In this document: positions 56,523 to 64,000 of the stretch, one piece after another
Layout: each line of letters starts with the position of its first letter
How positions within the stretch are numbered: the first letter of the stretch is position 1
DNA from: an uncultured Bacteroidales bacterium
GTDB lineage: Bacteria; Bacteroidota; Bacteroidia; Bacteroidales; FEN-979
NCBI GenBank assembly: GCA_903845055.1
Contig: CAIMWF010000134.1
Coordinates: forward strand, 19,127 to 83,126
Length of the DNA stretch: 64,000 nucleotides
Direction of reading: 5' to 3'
Position numbers and translations under genes: made by a program
The notes under the pieces: model-generated
What the model was told of the DNA's origin: nothing
Databases searched by the model: none
The model's input: only the letters and a program-made list of their open reading frames with translations

Positions 56523-57860
56523 CTAACGTTTTGGCAACCCGTTCACTCCCTGCCCCGCATTGATGAAACCCAGCCGCCTGAATGCTTCCAGGGTGATCTC
56601 TTTTCTGGTGCCGGCGAAGTCGGTAAAGTCATCCCGGTTGAGGGGCTCCACCATCGTGGCAAAGAACCAGACCTTTTTCCCGGCCTCGAGATATCCCACG
56701 AACCATCCGTAGTTATTGCTGTTCCTTACGGCCCAGCCGGTTTTGCCGCTGAGCGTATAACCGGGTCCGCTTTCATTCAGCATGATCTCTTTCACCGCCA
56801 CGATGGTGGACCGGCTGAGGGGGAGTTTCCCGGTGTAAAGGCGCCTGATAAAATCGACCTGCTGCCTGGGTGTGATCCTGGAATTGCCTTCAAGCCAGAA
56901 AAGATCGATGTTCCCCGGGTGAACATCCATGGAGCCGTAGCCGAGTTTCTCAAGGTTCTGCTTCATCCGGTCGTAACCGATCGAACGTGCCACCTCCTGG
57001 TAACAGGGTACGCATGAAACCGCGAAGGCCTCCTTCAGCCGGAGGTCCTGGTTCCACTGGGGAAGACGGCGTTTTTCACCATTCCACCTGAAGACATGGC
57101 CGGTGTCGATCGCCCCGGTTTCCAGCCCGATCAGGGTGTTGACGATTTTAAAAGTGGAGGCAGGCAGGTAACCGCTGTCCCATTTTGCCGGATCATACCC
57201 GTAGTATTCTTTTTTTTCAGGATCGAAGATTAAAATGGTGCCGGTCATCTTACTTTCTTCGAAAACCGGTTTTAAATCAAGGGATTGCTGCGGGTTCATG
57301 ATGCCATTGCGGAGGTATGGGGTCAGGAGCGAATCGTTCCCTGATTTCAGGGAGGTAACCTGCCGCATCAGCGCATTGGGCACGGTAGCCGACAGGATAT
57401 ACTGTTCGATTTTCCACCCGCCGGCCCGCTTGCTGATCACGCCCGAGCCCCGGCAAAGCCCCATTTTCGTTGACAGGAGTTCGTCGAACCAGGCGGTACT
57501 GCCATCCCCTGAAAGGAAGATGTTACGCGAAACGGTTTTGAACGCCCAGGTCTGGTGACGGTCGAACCAGGGTTTGCTCCACCTGCTGAACCCGGCAGTT
57601 GTCCAGCGCTCGGAAGCATCCGTGCCGATATAGACTCCTTCGGGACTCATCGCACCGATATAGGCCGCATGATGACCTTCAGCAGCGTCAAGGTGCCATT
57701 GGTCCATAAACCGGGTCAGCACGTTTTTCACACTATCTTCCCTTTCCTGGGCGATCGCAGGATGCAGTGCCAGGAAAAAAAAGGAAAGGAGGAGCGCCGG
57801 AAGGGGGAAACGGAAGCCTGGCATTTTTTTTCGGTAAATGTAGCAAAATATTTTTTCCAT
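56523..57860 (-). CDS. Secreted fusion protein: NTF2-like (SnoaL/DUF4440-type) domain + class D (OXA-type) beta-lactamase / penicillin-binding domain
   Basis: It has a signal peptide (LLLSFFFLALHPAIAQ). The NTF2-like block runs from FMDQWHLDAAEG to RGSGVISKRAGGWKIEQYILS. The class D motifs are STFK, SCV (SxV), YGS, SGKTGW (KTG) and WFVGY. The start may instead be 57824. Confidence 0.75.
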   Translation of the reverse strand: MEKIFCYIYRKKMPGFRFPLPALLLSFFFLALHPAIAQEREDSVKNVLTRFMDQWHLDAAEGHHAAYIGAMSPEGVYIGTDASERWTTAGFSRWSKPWFDRHQTWAFKTVSRNIFLSGDGSTAWFDELLSTKMGLCRGSGVISKRAGGWKIEQYILSATVPNALMRQVTSLKSGNDSLLTPYLRNGIMNPQQSLDLKPVFEESKMTGTILIFDPEKKEYYGYDPAKWDSGYLPASTFKIVNTLIGLETGAIDTGHVFRWNGEKRRLPQWNQDLRLKEAFAVSCVPCYQEVARSIGYDRMKQNLEKLGYGSMDVHPGNIDLFWLEGNSRITPRQQVDFIRRLYTGKLPLSRSTIVAVKEIMLNESGPGYTLSGKTGWAVRNSNNYGWFVGYLEAGKKVWFFATMVEPLNRDDFTDFAGTRKEITLEAFRRLGFINAGQGVNGLPKR

Positions 57861-57983
57861 CCGGAAGGTGCCGGCGTCATGCCGCTTTAATGCATCTGTG
57901 CATCTTGAGAATTTTGATCTCTTTGTTCATTATCAGGAAAAATAGTTGAATAATTTTTCAGACCTTTGAGAAAAAAGAGGACC

Positions 57984-58991
57984 ATGAAAAAGCCATCACT
58001 ATTATTTGTTTTATTAGCCCTGATTACCATTCAACTCGCCTATGCACAGGGCAAAAAAAGTGAGTTCAAAGTGTTGAAAATGATCCCGGTAGAGGGAAAT
58101 ACCGGTTGGGATTACCTGACTGTCGACAAGGCCGGCCAGCGGTTGTTCGTCTCGCACGGAACCTGTGTGGAAGTTGTTGACCTTAAGACCGACAAGTCCA
58201 TCGGGCAGATCCCGAATACCCCCGGGGTTCACGGGATTGCACTGGTACCGTCACTGAACAAAGGTTTCATTACAGCCGGCCGCATTGATTCAGTCATTGT
58301 TTTCGACATGAAGACACTCAAGGTCCTGGATAAGATCAAGACCGGGAAAAATCCTGATGCCATTCTTTATGATGCCTTCACCAACAGGATTTTCACCTTC
58401 AACGGCAGGGACAATTCCATTACAGCCATTGACCCTAAAACGAACCGAGTTGCCGGCACGATGCCTGTCTCAGGGAAACCTGAGGCCGCCGTGTCAAACG
58501 GGAAGGGAAAAATTTTCTGCAACATCGAGGATAAATCGACCGTGGTGAAATTTGATGCCCTTACGCTGAAACAGGAGGCGGAGTGGCCGCTCGATCCCGG
58601 CAAGGGACCTTCGGGCCTTGACATGGATGTGAAAACCAACCGGCTCTTCTCGGCATGCAGTGATTCGAAACAGATCGTGGTCATGAACGCCGACAACGGC
58701 AAGATCGTTGCAACGCTGCCAATGGGCGACCGGTGCGACGGCATTGTCTTTATCCCCGCCGGGCGCTATGCCGTTTCGTCGAACGGCGACGGCACAGCAA
58801 CCATCGTGCAGGGTGACGGACCTGACCAGTACAAGGTTGTTCAGACGCTCGAAACCCGGAAGAGTGCACGCACCATCACCTATGACGAAACTACCGGGAG
58901 AATTTACATGTCATCTGCCGAGGTAAACATGGACAACGGAAAAAGGAGTGTGGTTCCGGGCTCATTTAAGATCGTGGTTGTTTCAAAATAG
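57984..58991 (+). CDS. Secreted YncE-like (YVTN repeat) seven-bladed beta-propeller protein
   Basis: It has the signal peptide MKKPSLLFVLLALITIQLAYAQ. Blades of about 40 aa recur with NPDAILYD, NSITAIDPKTNRV and similar motifs. Start set at ATG 57984. Confidence 0.7.
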   Translation: MKKPSLLFVLLALITIQLAYAQGKKSEFKVLKMIPVEGNTGWDYLTVDKAGQRLFVSHGTCVEVVDLKTDKSIGQIPNTPGVHGIALVPSLNKGFITAGRIDSVIVFDMKTLKVLDKIKTGKNPDAILYDAFTNRIFTFNGRDNSITAIDPKTNRVAGTMPVSGKPEAAVSNGKGKIFCNIEDKSTVVKFDALTLKQEAEWPLDPGKGPSGLDMDVKTNRLFSACSDSKQIVVMNADNGKIVATLPMGDRCDGIVFIPAGRYAVSSNGDGTATIVQGDGPDQYKVVQTLETRKSARTITYDETTGRIYMSSAEVNMDNGKRSVVPGSFKIVVVSK

Positions 58992-59013
58992 CAAACCTCC
59001 ACAGCGATACTGC

Positions 59014-60768
59014 ATGAAAGACGGGAAATTACATTTGCTTGCCATCGATGATAACCCCGATAACCTGGTCACGCTCAGGGCCTTGATTTCGGATGCGTTT
59101 CCATCGGCCATCCTGGAAACATCTCTCACAGGGATCCAGGGGATTCAGAAAGCCATAGCCGGTGATCCCGATATGATCTTCCTGGATGTGCTGATGCCCG
59201 GCATCGACGGGCTTGATATATGCCGCATGATCAAGTCGGATGACCGGATCAGCCACATACCGGTCATCATCCTAACTGCGCTGGGGAGCAACCGGCAGAC
59301 GCGCATTGACGCACTGGAGGCCGGGGCCGATGCATTCCTCCCGAAACCCCCCGACCCGGTAGAACTCACGGCACAGGTAAGGGCCATGGCCAGGCTCAAG
59401 GCGGCCGGCGACATGCAGCGGGATGAGAACGACCAGCTGGTTTCGCTGGTACGTACCCGTACCATTGCCATTGAAAAAGAGCTGGAGGAGCGCCGGAAAA
59501 CGGAACTCGAACTTCAAAAGGCAAATCTCCGGCTGAAAGAAACCCAGGCAGCCACCCTGAACCTGCTCGAAGACCTGAGTTACGAGATGGAGATCAGAAA
59601 AAGCTATGCGGCCGAACTGGTCAGGGCCAAAGAACGAGCAGAGGAGAGCGACCGCCTGAAATCGGCCTTCCTTGCCAACATGTCGCATGAGATCCGCACG
59701 CCGATGAACGGGATTATAGGGTTTTCGGGGTTCCTGGCTGAACCCGACCTTAACGCGGCCGAACGTGACCGGTTTTTAAAGATCATCAACGATAATTGTC
59801 AGCAACTGCTCCACATTGTAAGCGATATCATCGACATTTCAAAGATCGAAGCTGGCGTCGTCGATCTTGAATCGGTTGATTTCTGCCTGAACGAACTGAT
59901 GGACAACCTCTACCAGAACTACCATCCGAGGGCGGCCGCAAAGGGGCTTTCCCTTTCGCTTTATAAAGACCTCGAATGTGATGACTGCAGTATCGCAAAC
60001 GATCAGTCGAAATTGAGACAGGTGCTTGACAACCTTCTTACAAACGCGTTAAAATTTACCGACCGCGGGGAGATCAAATTCGGCTACCACCTGGTGAATT
60101 CGAGGCTGCAGTTCTTTGTTGCCGACACGGGCATCGGGATCGACCCGGCAAATCATGAAGCGGTATTTAACAGGTTCTGGCAGGTTGAAACCGGTCTTGC
60201 GCGGCAGTATGGCGGCACCGGGCTCGGACTATCAATTTCACGGGCCTTTATCCGCGAAATGGGTGGCGTCATCCGTTGCGATTCAGTTCCCGGGAAGGGG
60301 AGCCAGTTTAATTTCGACCTGCCCTATGTCCATTCGGTGCACAAACAAAACACACCGGCTCCCGGTTCCTGCGGCCCGGAAGGAATTGGCGGGAAAACAA
60401 TCCTGGTTGTGGAGGATGAAGAGTATAATTTCGAATTCCTGAGGATCATCCTGCTGAAATACCACCTGAAGACGCTGCATGCCTGGAACGGGGAAGAGGC
60501 GATAAAAATATTCTCCGGCAACCGGGAGATCGACCTGGTGCTGATGGACTTCAAACTGCCCGACATCCCCGGCCAGGAAGTTACACGCAGGCTGCTCGAA
60601 CTGCGCAGGGGTGTCCCGGTGATCGCCACCACCGCCTACGCCATGACGGGTGATCGCGAAAAGGCGGTCAACGCGGGGTGTATCGATTACCTGCAGAAAC
60701 CCATCAGGGTGGAGGAGTTGGTCGGTCTGCTGAATAAATACCTGGTCCGGAAGGGATTGCCCGGTTAA
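59014..60768 (+). CDS. Hybrid signalling protein REC - coiled coil - HisKA - HATPase - REC
   Basis: The N-terminal receiver has LLAIDDNPDNL and DMIFLDVLMPGIDG. The H-box is FLANMSHEIRTPMNGIIG. The G-boxes are DTGIGI and GGTGLGLSIS. The C-terminal receiver has DLVLMDFKLPD. Start set at ATG 59014. Confidence 0.88.
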   Translation: MKDGKLHLLAIDDNPDNLVTLRALISDAFPSAILETSLTGIQGIQKAIAGDPDMIFLDVLMPGIDGLDICRMIKSDDRISHIPVIILTALGSNRQTRIDALEAGADAFLPKPPDPVELTAQVRAMARLKAAGDMQRDENDQLVSLVRTRTIAIEKELEERRKTELELQKANLRLKETQAATLNLLEDLSYEMEIRKSYAAELVRAKERAEESDRLKSAFLANMSHEIRTPMNGIIGFSGFLAEPDLNAAERDRFLKIINDNCQQLLHIVSDIIDISKIEAGVVDLESVDFCLNELMDNLYQNYHPRAAAKGLSLSLYKDLECDDCSIANDQSKLRQVLDNLLTNALKFTDRGEIKFGYHLVNSRLQFFVADTGIGIDPANHEAVFNRFWQVETGLARQYGGTGLGLSISRAFIREMGGVIRCDSVPGKGSQFNFDLPYVHSVHKQNTPAPGSCGPEGIGGKTILVVEDEEYNFEFLRIILLKYHLKTLHAWNGEEAIKIFSGNREIDLVLMDFKLPDIPGQEVTRRLLELRRGVPVIATTAYAMTGDREKAVNAGCIDYLQKPIRVEELVGLLNKYLVRKGLPG

Positions 60769-60783
60769 AAGAGAATAAAAGAG

Positions 60784-61803
60784 ATGACAGATCTGAGAAG
60801 TGATACGGTTACCCGGCCATCTGCCGGGATGCTGGAGGCAATGTTTTCGGCCAGGGTAGGGGATGATGTTTTCAGGGATGATCCCTCCGTGAATGCCCTG
60901 GAAGAGAAGGCAGCCCTGCTTTTCGGGAAGGAGGCCGCACTCTTCTGCCCTTCCGGGACCATGACCAACCAGGTTGCCGTCAATGTCCACACCCGGCCCG
61001 GGGATGAGATCATCTGCCACCAGTACGCCCACATTTACTATTACGAAGGCGGAGCCGTCATGCGAAATTCCGGGGCATCGGTATGCCTGCTCGGAGGCCC
61101 GCGCGGACTCATTACTGCAGCAGAGGTTGAAAGCCACATCAACCCCGATGATATTCACCGTCCCGTAACTTCCCTGGTCGAGGTTGAAAATTCGATGAAC
61201 AAAGGAGGCGGCGCCCTTTACCGCTATGAGGATCTCGAAGGGATATCGGCTGTTTGCAGGAAGCACGGGCTGAAATTCCACCTTGACGGCGCGCGTATTT
61301 TCAATGCGTTGGCCGAAACCGGCGAGGAACCCGCGAAGTACGCACAGTTGTTTGATTCAGTCTCGGTTTGCCTGTCAAAAGGGCTGGGTGCCCCCGTCGG
61401 TTCACTGCTCCTGGGCGATCAGTCATTCATAACAAGGGGCAGGCGCGTCAGGAAGGCTTTCGGCGGAGCCATGCGGCAGGCGGGATACCTGGCAGCAGCC
61501 GCTATTTATGCACTTGACAACAATGTTGCCCGGTTGAAAACCGACAATGACCGGGCCAGGTATCTTGGAAATGTACTGCAGGATCTTCCTTTTGTTGAAT
61601 CGGTAGCCCCTGTTGAAACAAACATCGTGATCTTTTCTCTTCGGAATGAGGTCGGTTCGGGGCAGTTCCTTGCCCGGTTAAGGGAACATGACATTCACGC
61701 GTTGCCGATAGACTCCCGTACCGTGCGGTTCGTGACCCATCTCGATTTCACCGAAGACATGCTCCTCCGGGTTGAATCGGTCCTTAAATCCCTTGTCTTT
61801 TAA
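60784..61803 (+). CDS. ltaE: Low-specificity L-threonine aldolase
   Basis: 339 aa. Contains DLRSDTVTRPSAGMLEAM, GDDVFRDDPSVNALE, PSGTMTNQVA and CLSKGLGAPVGS (PLP lysine). Confidence 0.88.
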   Translation: MTDLRSDTVTRPSAGMLEAMFSARVGDDVFRDDPSVNALEEKAALLFGKEAALFCPSGTMTNQVAVNVHTRPGDEIICHQYAHIYYYEGGAVMRNSGASVCLLGGPRGLITAAEVESHINPDDIHRPVTSLVEVENSMNKGGGALYRYEDLEGISAVCRKHGLKFHLDGARIFNALAETGEEPAKYAQLFDSVSVCLSKGLGAPVGSLLLGDQSFITRGRRVRKAFGGAMRQAGYLAAAAIYALDNNVARLKTDNDRARYLGNVLQDLPFVESVAPVETNIVIFSLRNEVGSGQFLARLREHDIHALPIDSRTVRFVTHLDFTEDMLLRVESVLKSLVF

Positions 61804-61848
61804 CCTCTTCCCCTGCACAAAGCCCGGTTTAGAACTTTGCGTTTTGAA

Positions 61849-62919
61849 CTACCGGTCCTTCATTCCGTCCCATCCCTGGGCCTTGATGGGAATCGACTTG
61901 CCATCGGGAGTGATCATGTTCTTGCCCTCAGCGGCTGCCGTCATGTGCCCGATGATGGAGATCCCGCCGACATCCCTGATCTTTTCATAATCGGTTTGCG
62001 GAACCGTGAACAGGAGTTCATAATCCTCACCCCCGCTGAGCGCCGCAACACTGGGGATGATTTTGTATTCCTTGGCAAGTTCGCGGGTATATTCATCCAT
62101 GGGGATCTTCGCTTCGAACAGTTTGCATCCCACATCCGACTGCTTGCAGATGTGCAGGATCTCGGAGGCCAGCCCGTCGGAAATATCGATCATGGAGGTG
62201 GGTTTTACGCCAAGCCCGATCAGCAGGTTCCTGATATCAGTCCGTGCCTCGGGTTTGAGCTGGCGGCCAATCTGGTAATCGAAACCTGAAAGTTCGGGCT
62301 GCATGTTGGGATCGACATGGAACACCGATTTTTCGCGTTCCAGCACAAGCAACCCGATGTAGGCGCTTCCAAGATCGCCGGAAACGCACAACAGGTCGCC
62401 CTGCCTGGCCCCGCTGCGGTAAACCACCTCATCCTTCTTTGCCACCCCAAGGATGGAAACGGAAATTGTAAGGCCTTTAACATTCGATGTGGTGTCGCCG
62501 CCAACCAGGTCCACCCTGTATTTGTTGCAGGCCATGAGTATCCCTGCGTAGAGTTCGTCGAGTGCTTCGGCAGAAAACCGGCTTGAAACGGCCAGCGAAA
62601 CGGTCATTTGCCTGGGAACGCCGTTCATGGCGGCGATATCGGAAATATTGACAACGGCCGCCTTGTATCCCAGGTGTTTGAAAGGCATGTAGGTAAGGTC
62701 GAAATGGATGCCCTCAACCAGGAGATCGGTTGAGAAAAGCATTACATCGTCACCCGCGTCAATGACGGCGGCATCATCGCCTATCCCCCGGAGTGTTTCG
62801 GGATGGTATATCTCCACATTGCGGGTAAGCCGGTCAATCAGTCCGAATTCGCCCAGTTCGGCCAGGGAGGTCAGCCTGGGCTTTTCTTCAGCGTTTTTTT
62901 TATCTTTTTTCTCGTACAT
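61849..62919 (-). CDS. thiL: Thiamine-monophosphate kinase
   Basis: Contains GEFGLIDRL and GIGDDAAVI, within an AIR synthase-like fold with GGDT and SGGEDYELLFT. Start set at ATG 62919. Confidence 0.88.
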   Translation of the reverse strand: MYEKKDKKNAEEKPRLTSLAELGEFGLIDRLTRNVEIYHPETLRGIGDDAAVIDAGDDVMLFSTDLLVEGIHFDLTYMPFKHLGYKAAVVNISDIAAMNGVPRQMTVSLAVSSRFSAEALDELYAGILMACNKYRVDLVGGDTTSNVKGLTISVSILGVAKKDEVVYRSGARQGDLLCVSGDLGSAYIGLLVLEREKSVFHVDPNMQPELSGFDYQIGRQLKPEARTDIRNLLIGLGVKPTSMIDISDGLASEILHICKQSDVGCKLFEAKIPMDEYTRELAKEYKIIPSVAALSGGEDYELLFTVPQTDYEKIRDVGGISIIGHMTAAAEGKNMITPDGKSIPIKAQGWDGMKDR

Positions 62920-62980
62920 GGAAAAGGTAAGGGTGATAAACAATTTTGCTGCAAAAGTACAACTAATGGCTGAACCCGGC

Positions 62981-64000
62981 TCAGTCGAGATAGAATGACA
63001 TCAGCCGGAGCAACTGGTCCTTTTTAATCGGTTTTGCAATGTAGTCATCACACCCGGCGTCGATGCTTTTCTCCCTGTCGCTCGACATGGCATAGGCCGT
63101 TTGGGCGATGACCGGCAGTTCTTCCCTGATTGTTTTGATCTCCTTCGCAAGTTCCCACCCGTTTGAATCGGGAAGCCGGATATCAAGCAGGACCAGGTGG
63201 AAGTTTGACAGTTGGGAATACATCTTCCTGACCTCCTCCCCGTTGAAAGTGCAGATCAGTTCTGCCCCTGTCCGGCTGAGAATGGCCGTAAGCAGCCGCA
63301 TATTGTTGTCGTCGTCTTCAACCAGCAGGATCTTACGTCCATGCCAGTTATAGCGTTTTGCGGGGACGGCCGTCCCGGCATCACCATCGCCGGAGCCGGT
63401 GACAACAGGATCGGGCGTGAGGATGAAGGGAAGGCTGAAATAAAAGGTGGTGCCGGTTCCGGGTATCGATTCAACACGGATATCGCCCCCGAGGAGTTCA
63501 AGCGACCCTTTGCAGATAGAAAGCCCGAGACCGGTGCCACCGTATTGATGAACATTCTGCCGTTCTGCCTGGCGGAAATGTTCGAAGATAAGGGATTGGT
63601 TGTCTTGTGAAATCCCGATACCGGTATCGGCCACAAAACAAGTGATCCTGCCATTTTCGGGCAGGTGGTACCCATACCGGATCGTGCCATTTTCGGTAAA
63701 TTTGATCGCGTTGTCGATCAGGTTGGTAAAAACCTGCTTGATGATGAAAGGATCGCTTTGAAAAGTCAGCTCTCCGGGTTGGTCCGGGATGACGCATGTG
63801 ATCGCAAGGTGCGATTTGTTGAACCGCCCGGTCTTTTTACTTGTCACCGTGCTGATCTCCTCCAGGATCTGGTTGATGTAAACTTTTTCCAGTTGGATGG
63901 TAGCATTGCCCGATTCGATCCTTGAAATTTCCAGGATGTCGTTGATGATCCGCATGAGGTCGTCCGATCGCGACTGGACGATTCCTGCATACAGGTGCCG
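62981..64000 (-). CDS. Hybrid sensor histidine kinase/response regulator, N-terminus outside the window
   Basis: The frame stays open to nt 64000 (..SRSDDLMRIINDILEISRIESG is the HisKA tail). It has HATPase motifs (DNAIKFT, DTGIGI, GGTGLGLSI) and a C-terminal receiver (HLVLLDIRLPD). Confidence 0.88.
   Translation of the reverse strand, partial: RHLYAGIVQSRSDDLMRIINDILEISRIESGNATIQLEKVYINQILEEISTVTSKKTGRFNKSHLAITCVIPDQPGELTFQSDPFIIKQVFTNLIDNAIKFTENGTIRYGYHLPENGRITCFVADTGIGISQDNQSLIFEHFRQAERQNVHQYGGTGLGLSICKGSLELLGGDIRVESIPGTGTTFYFSLPFILTPDPVVTGSGDGDAGTAVPAKRYNWHGRKILLVEDDDNNMRLLTAILSRTGAELICTFNGEEVRKMYSQLSNFHLVLLDIRLPDSNGWELAKEIKTIREELPVIAQTAYAMSSDREKSIDAGCDDYIAKPIKKDQLLRLMSFYLD

Noticed and set aside
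56523-57860. BlaR1/MecR1-type beta-lactam sensor
   Set aside because: There are no transmembrane helices or M56 zinc-protease motifs. The class D fold is preceded only by a signal peptide and a soluble NTF2-like domain.

Overview
This looks like a chromosomal segment of a Bacteroidota-type genome. The evidence is the T9SS translocon gene sprA, several secreted proteins with T9SS C-terminal sorting domains, TAnnTTTG-type -7 promoter motifs and almost no Shine-Dalgarno sites. About 50 protein genes are supported. I recognised no rRNA, tRNA, CRISPR array, transposase, integrase or phage gene. Product calls rest on motifs read by eye from the translations, because no searches could be run.

Gene content from left to right:
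- A 5'-truncated tandem double UvrA-like ATPase and an OYE reductase.
- A seven-gene plus-strand Phe/Tyr (homogentisate) catabolic cluster: scoA, scoB, hmgA, hppD, fahA, a flavin reductase and a long phhA.
- DedA and UPF0316 membrane proteins.
- A GlcG/HbpS-like gene whose stop overlaps the start of a GAF-PAS hybrid kinase.
- A 5'-nucleotidase, arfB, a FISUMP lipoprotein, an acyltransferase, a PhzF-like gene and a TauE gene.
- Three T9SS beta-propeller/BNR cargo genes flanking mntH, a PHP-like membrane protein and a GT39 transferase.
- fumC, an arsC-family gene, prfB (classic +1 frameshift) and recX.
- yceI, a 1285-aa GH38 mannosidase and two TlpA-like thioredoxins.
- ruvA, sprA (2414 aa), gcvH and uvrC.
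- An NTF2-like::class D beta-lactamase fusion, a YncE-like propeller and a REC-HK-REC kinase.
- ltaE, thiL and a partial hybrid kinase.

The structure that ordinary annotation does not explain is a set of dispersed families of 7-9 nt tandem arrays (AAATCGT, GAGTGAC, GAGGTAGC, TAATGCAGR, GAATATC, TCTGAAA and others).
- They fill many of the short same-strand intergenic spacers.
- They often provide the flanking stop and start codons.
- They recur in both orientations, and one 29-nt block is identical at two loci.
- Three arrays lie in frame inside the UvrA-like ORF. One forms the linker that joins the two UvrA units, where a single variant unit turns the expected in-frame TAA into TAT. Another sits where the UvrB-binding domain would be.

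Other points are a triple 30-bp hairpin repeat inside the catabolic operon, an inverted pair of 9-mer arrays, and several unusual domain and gene couplings.
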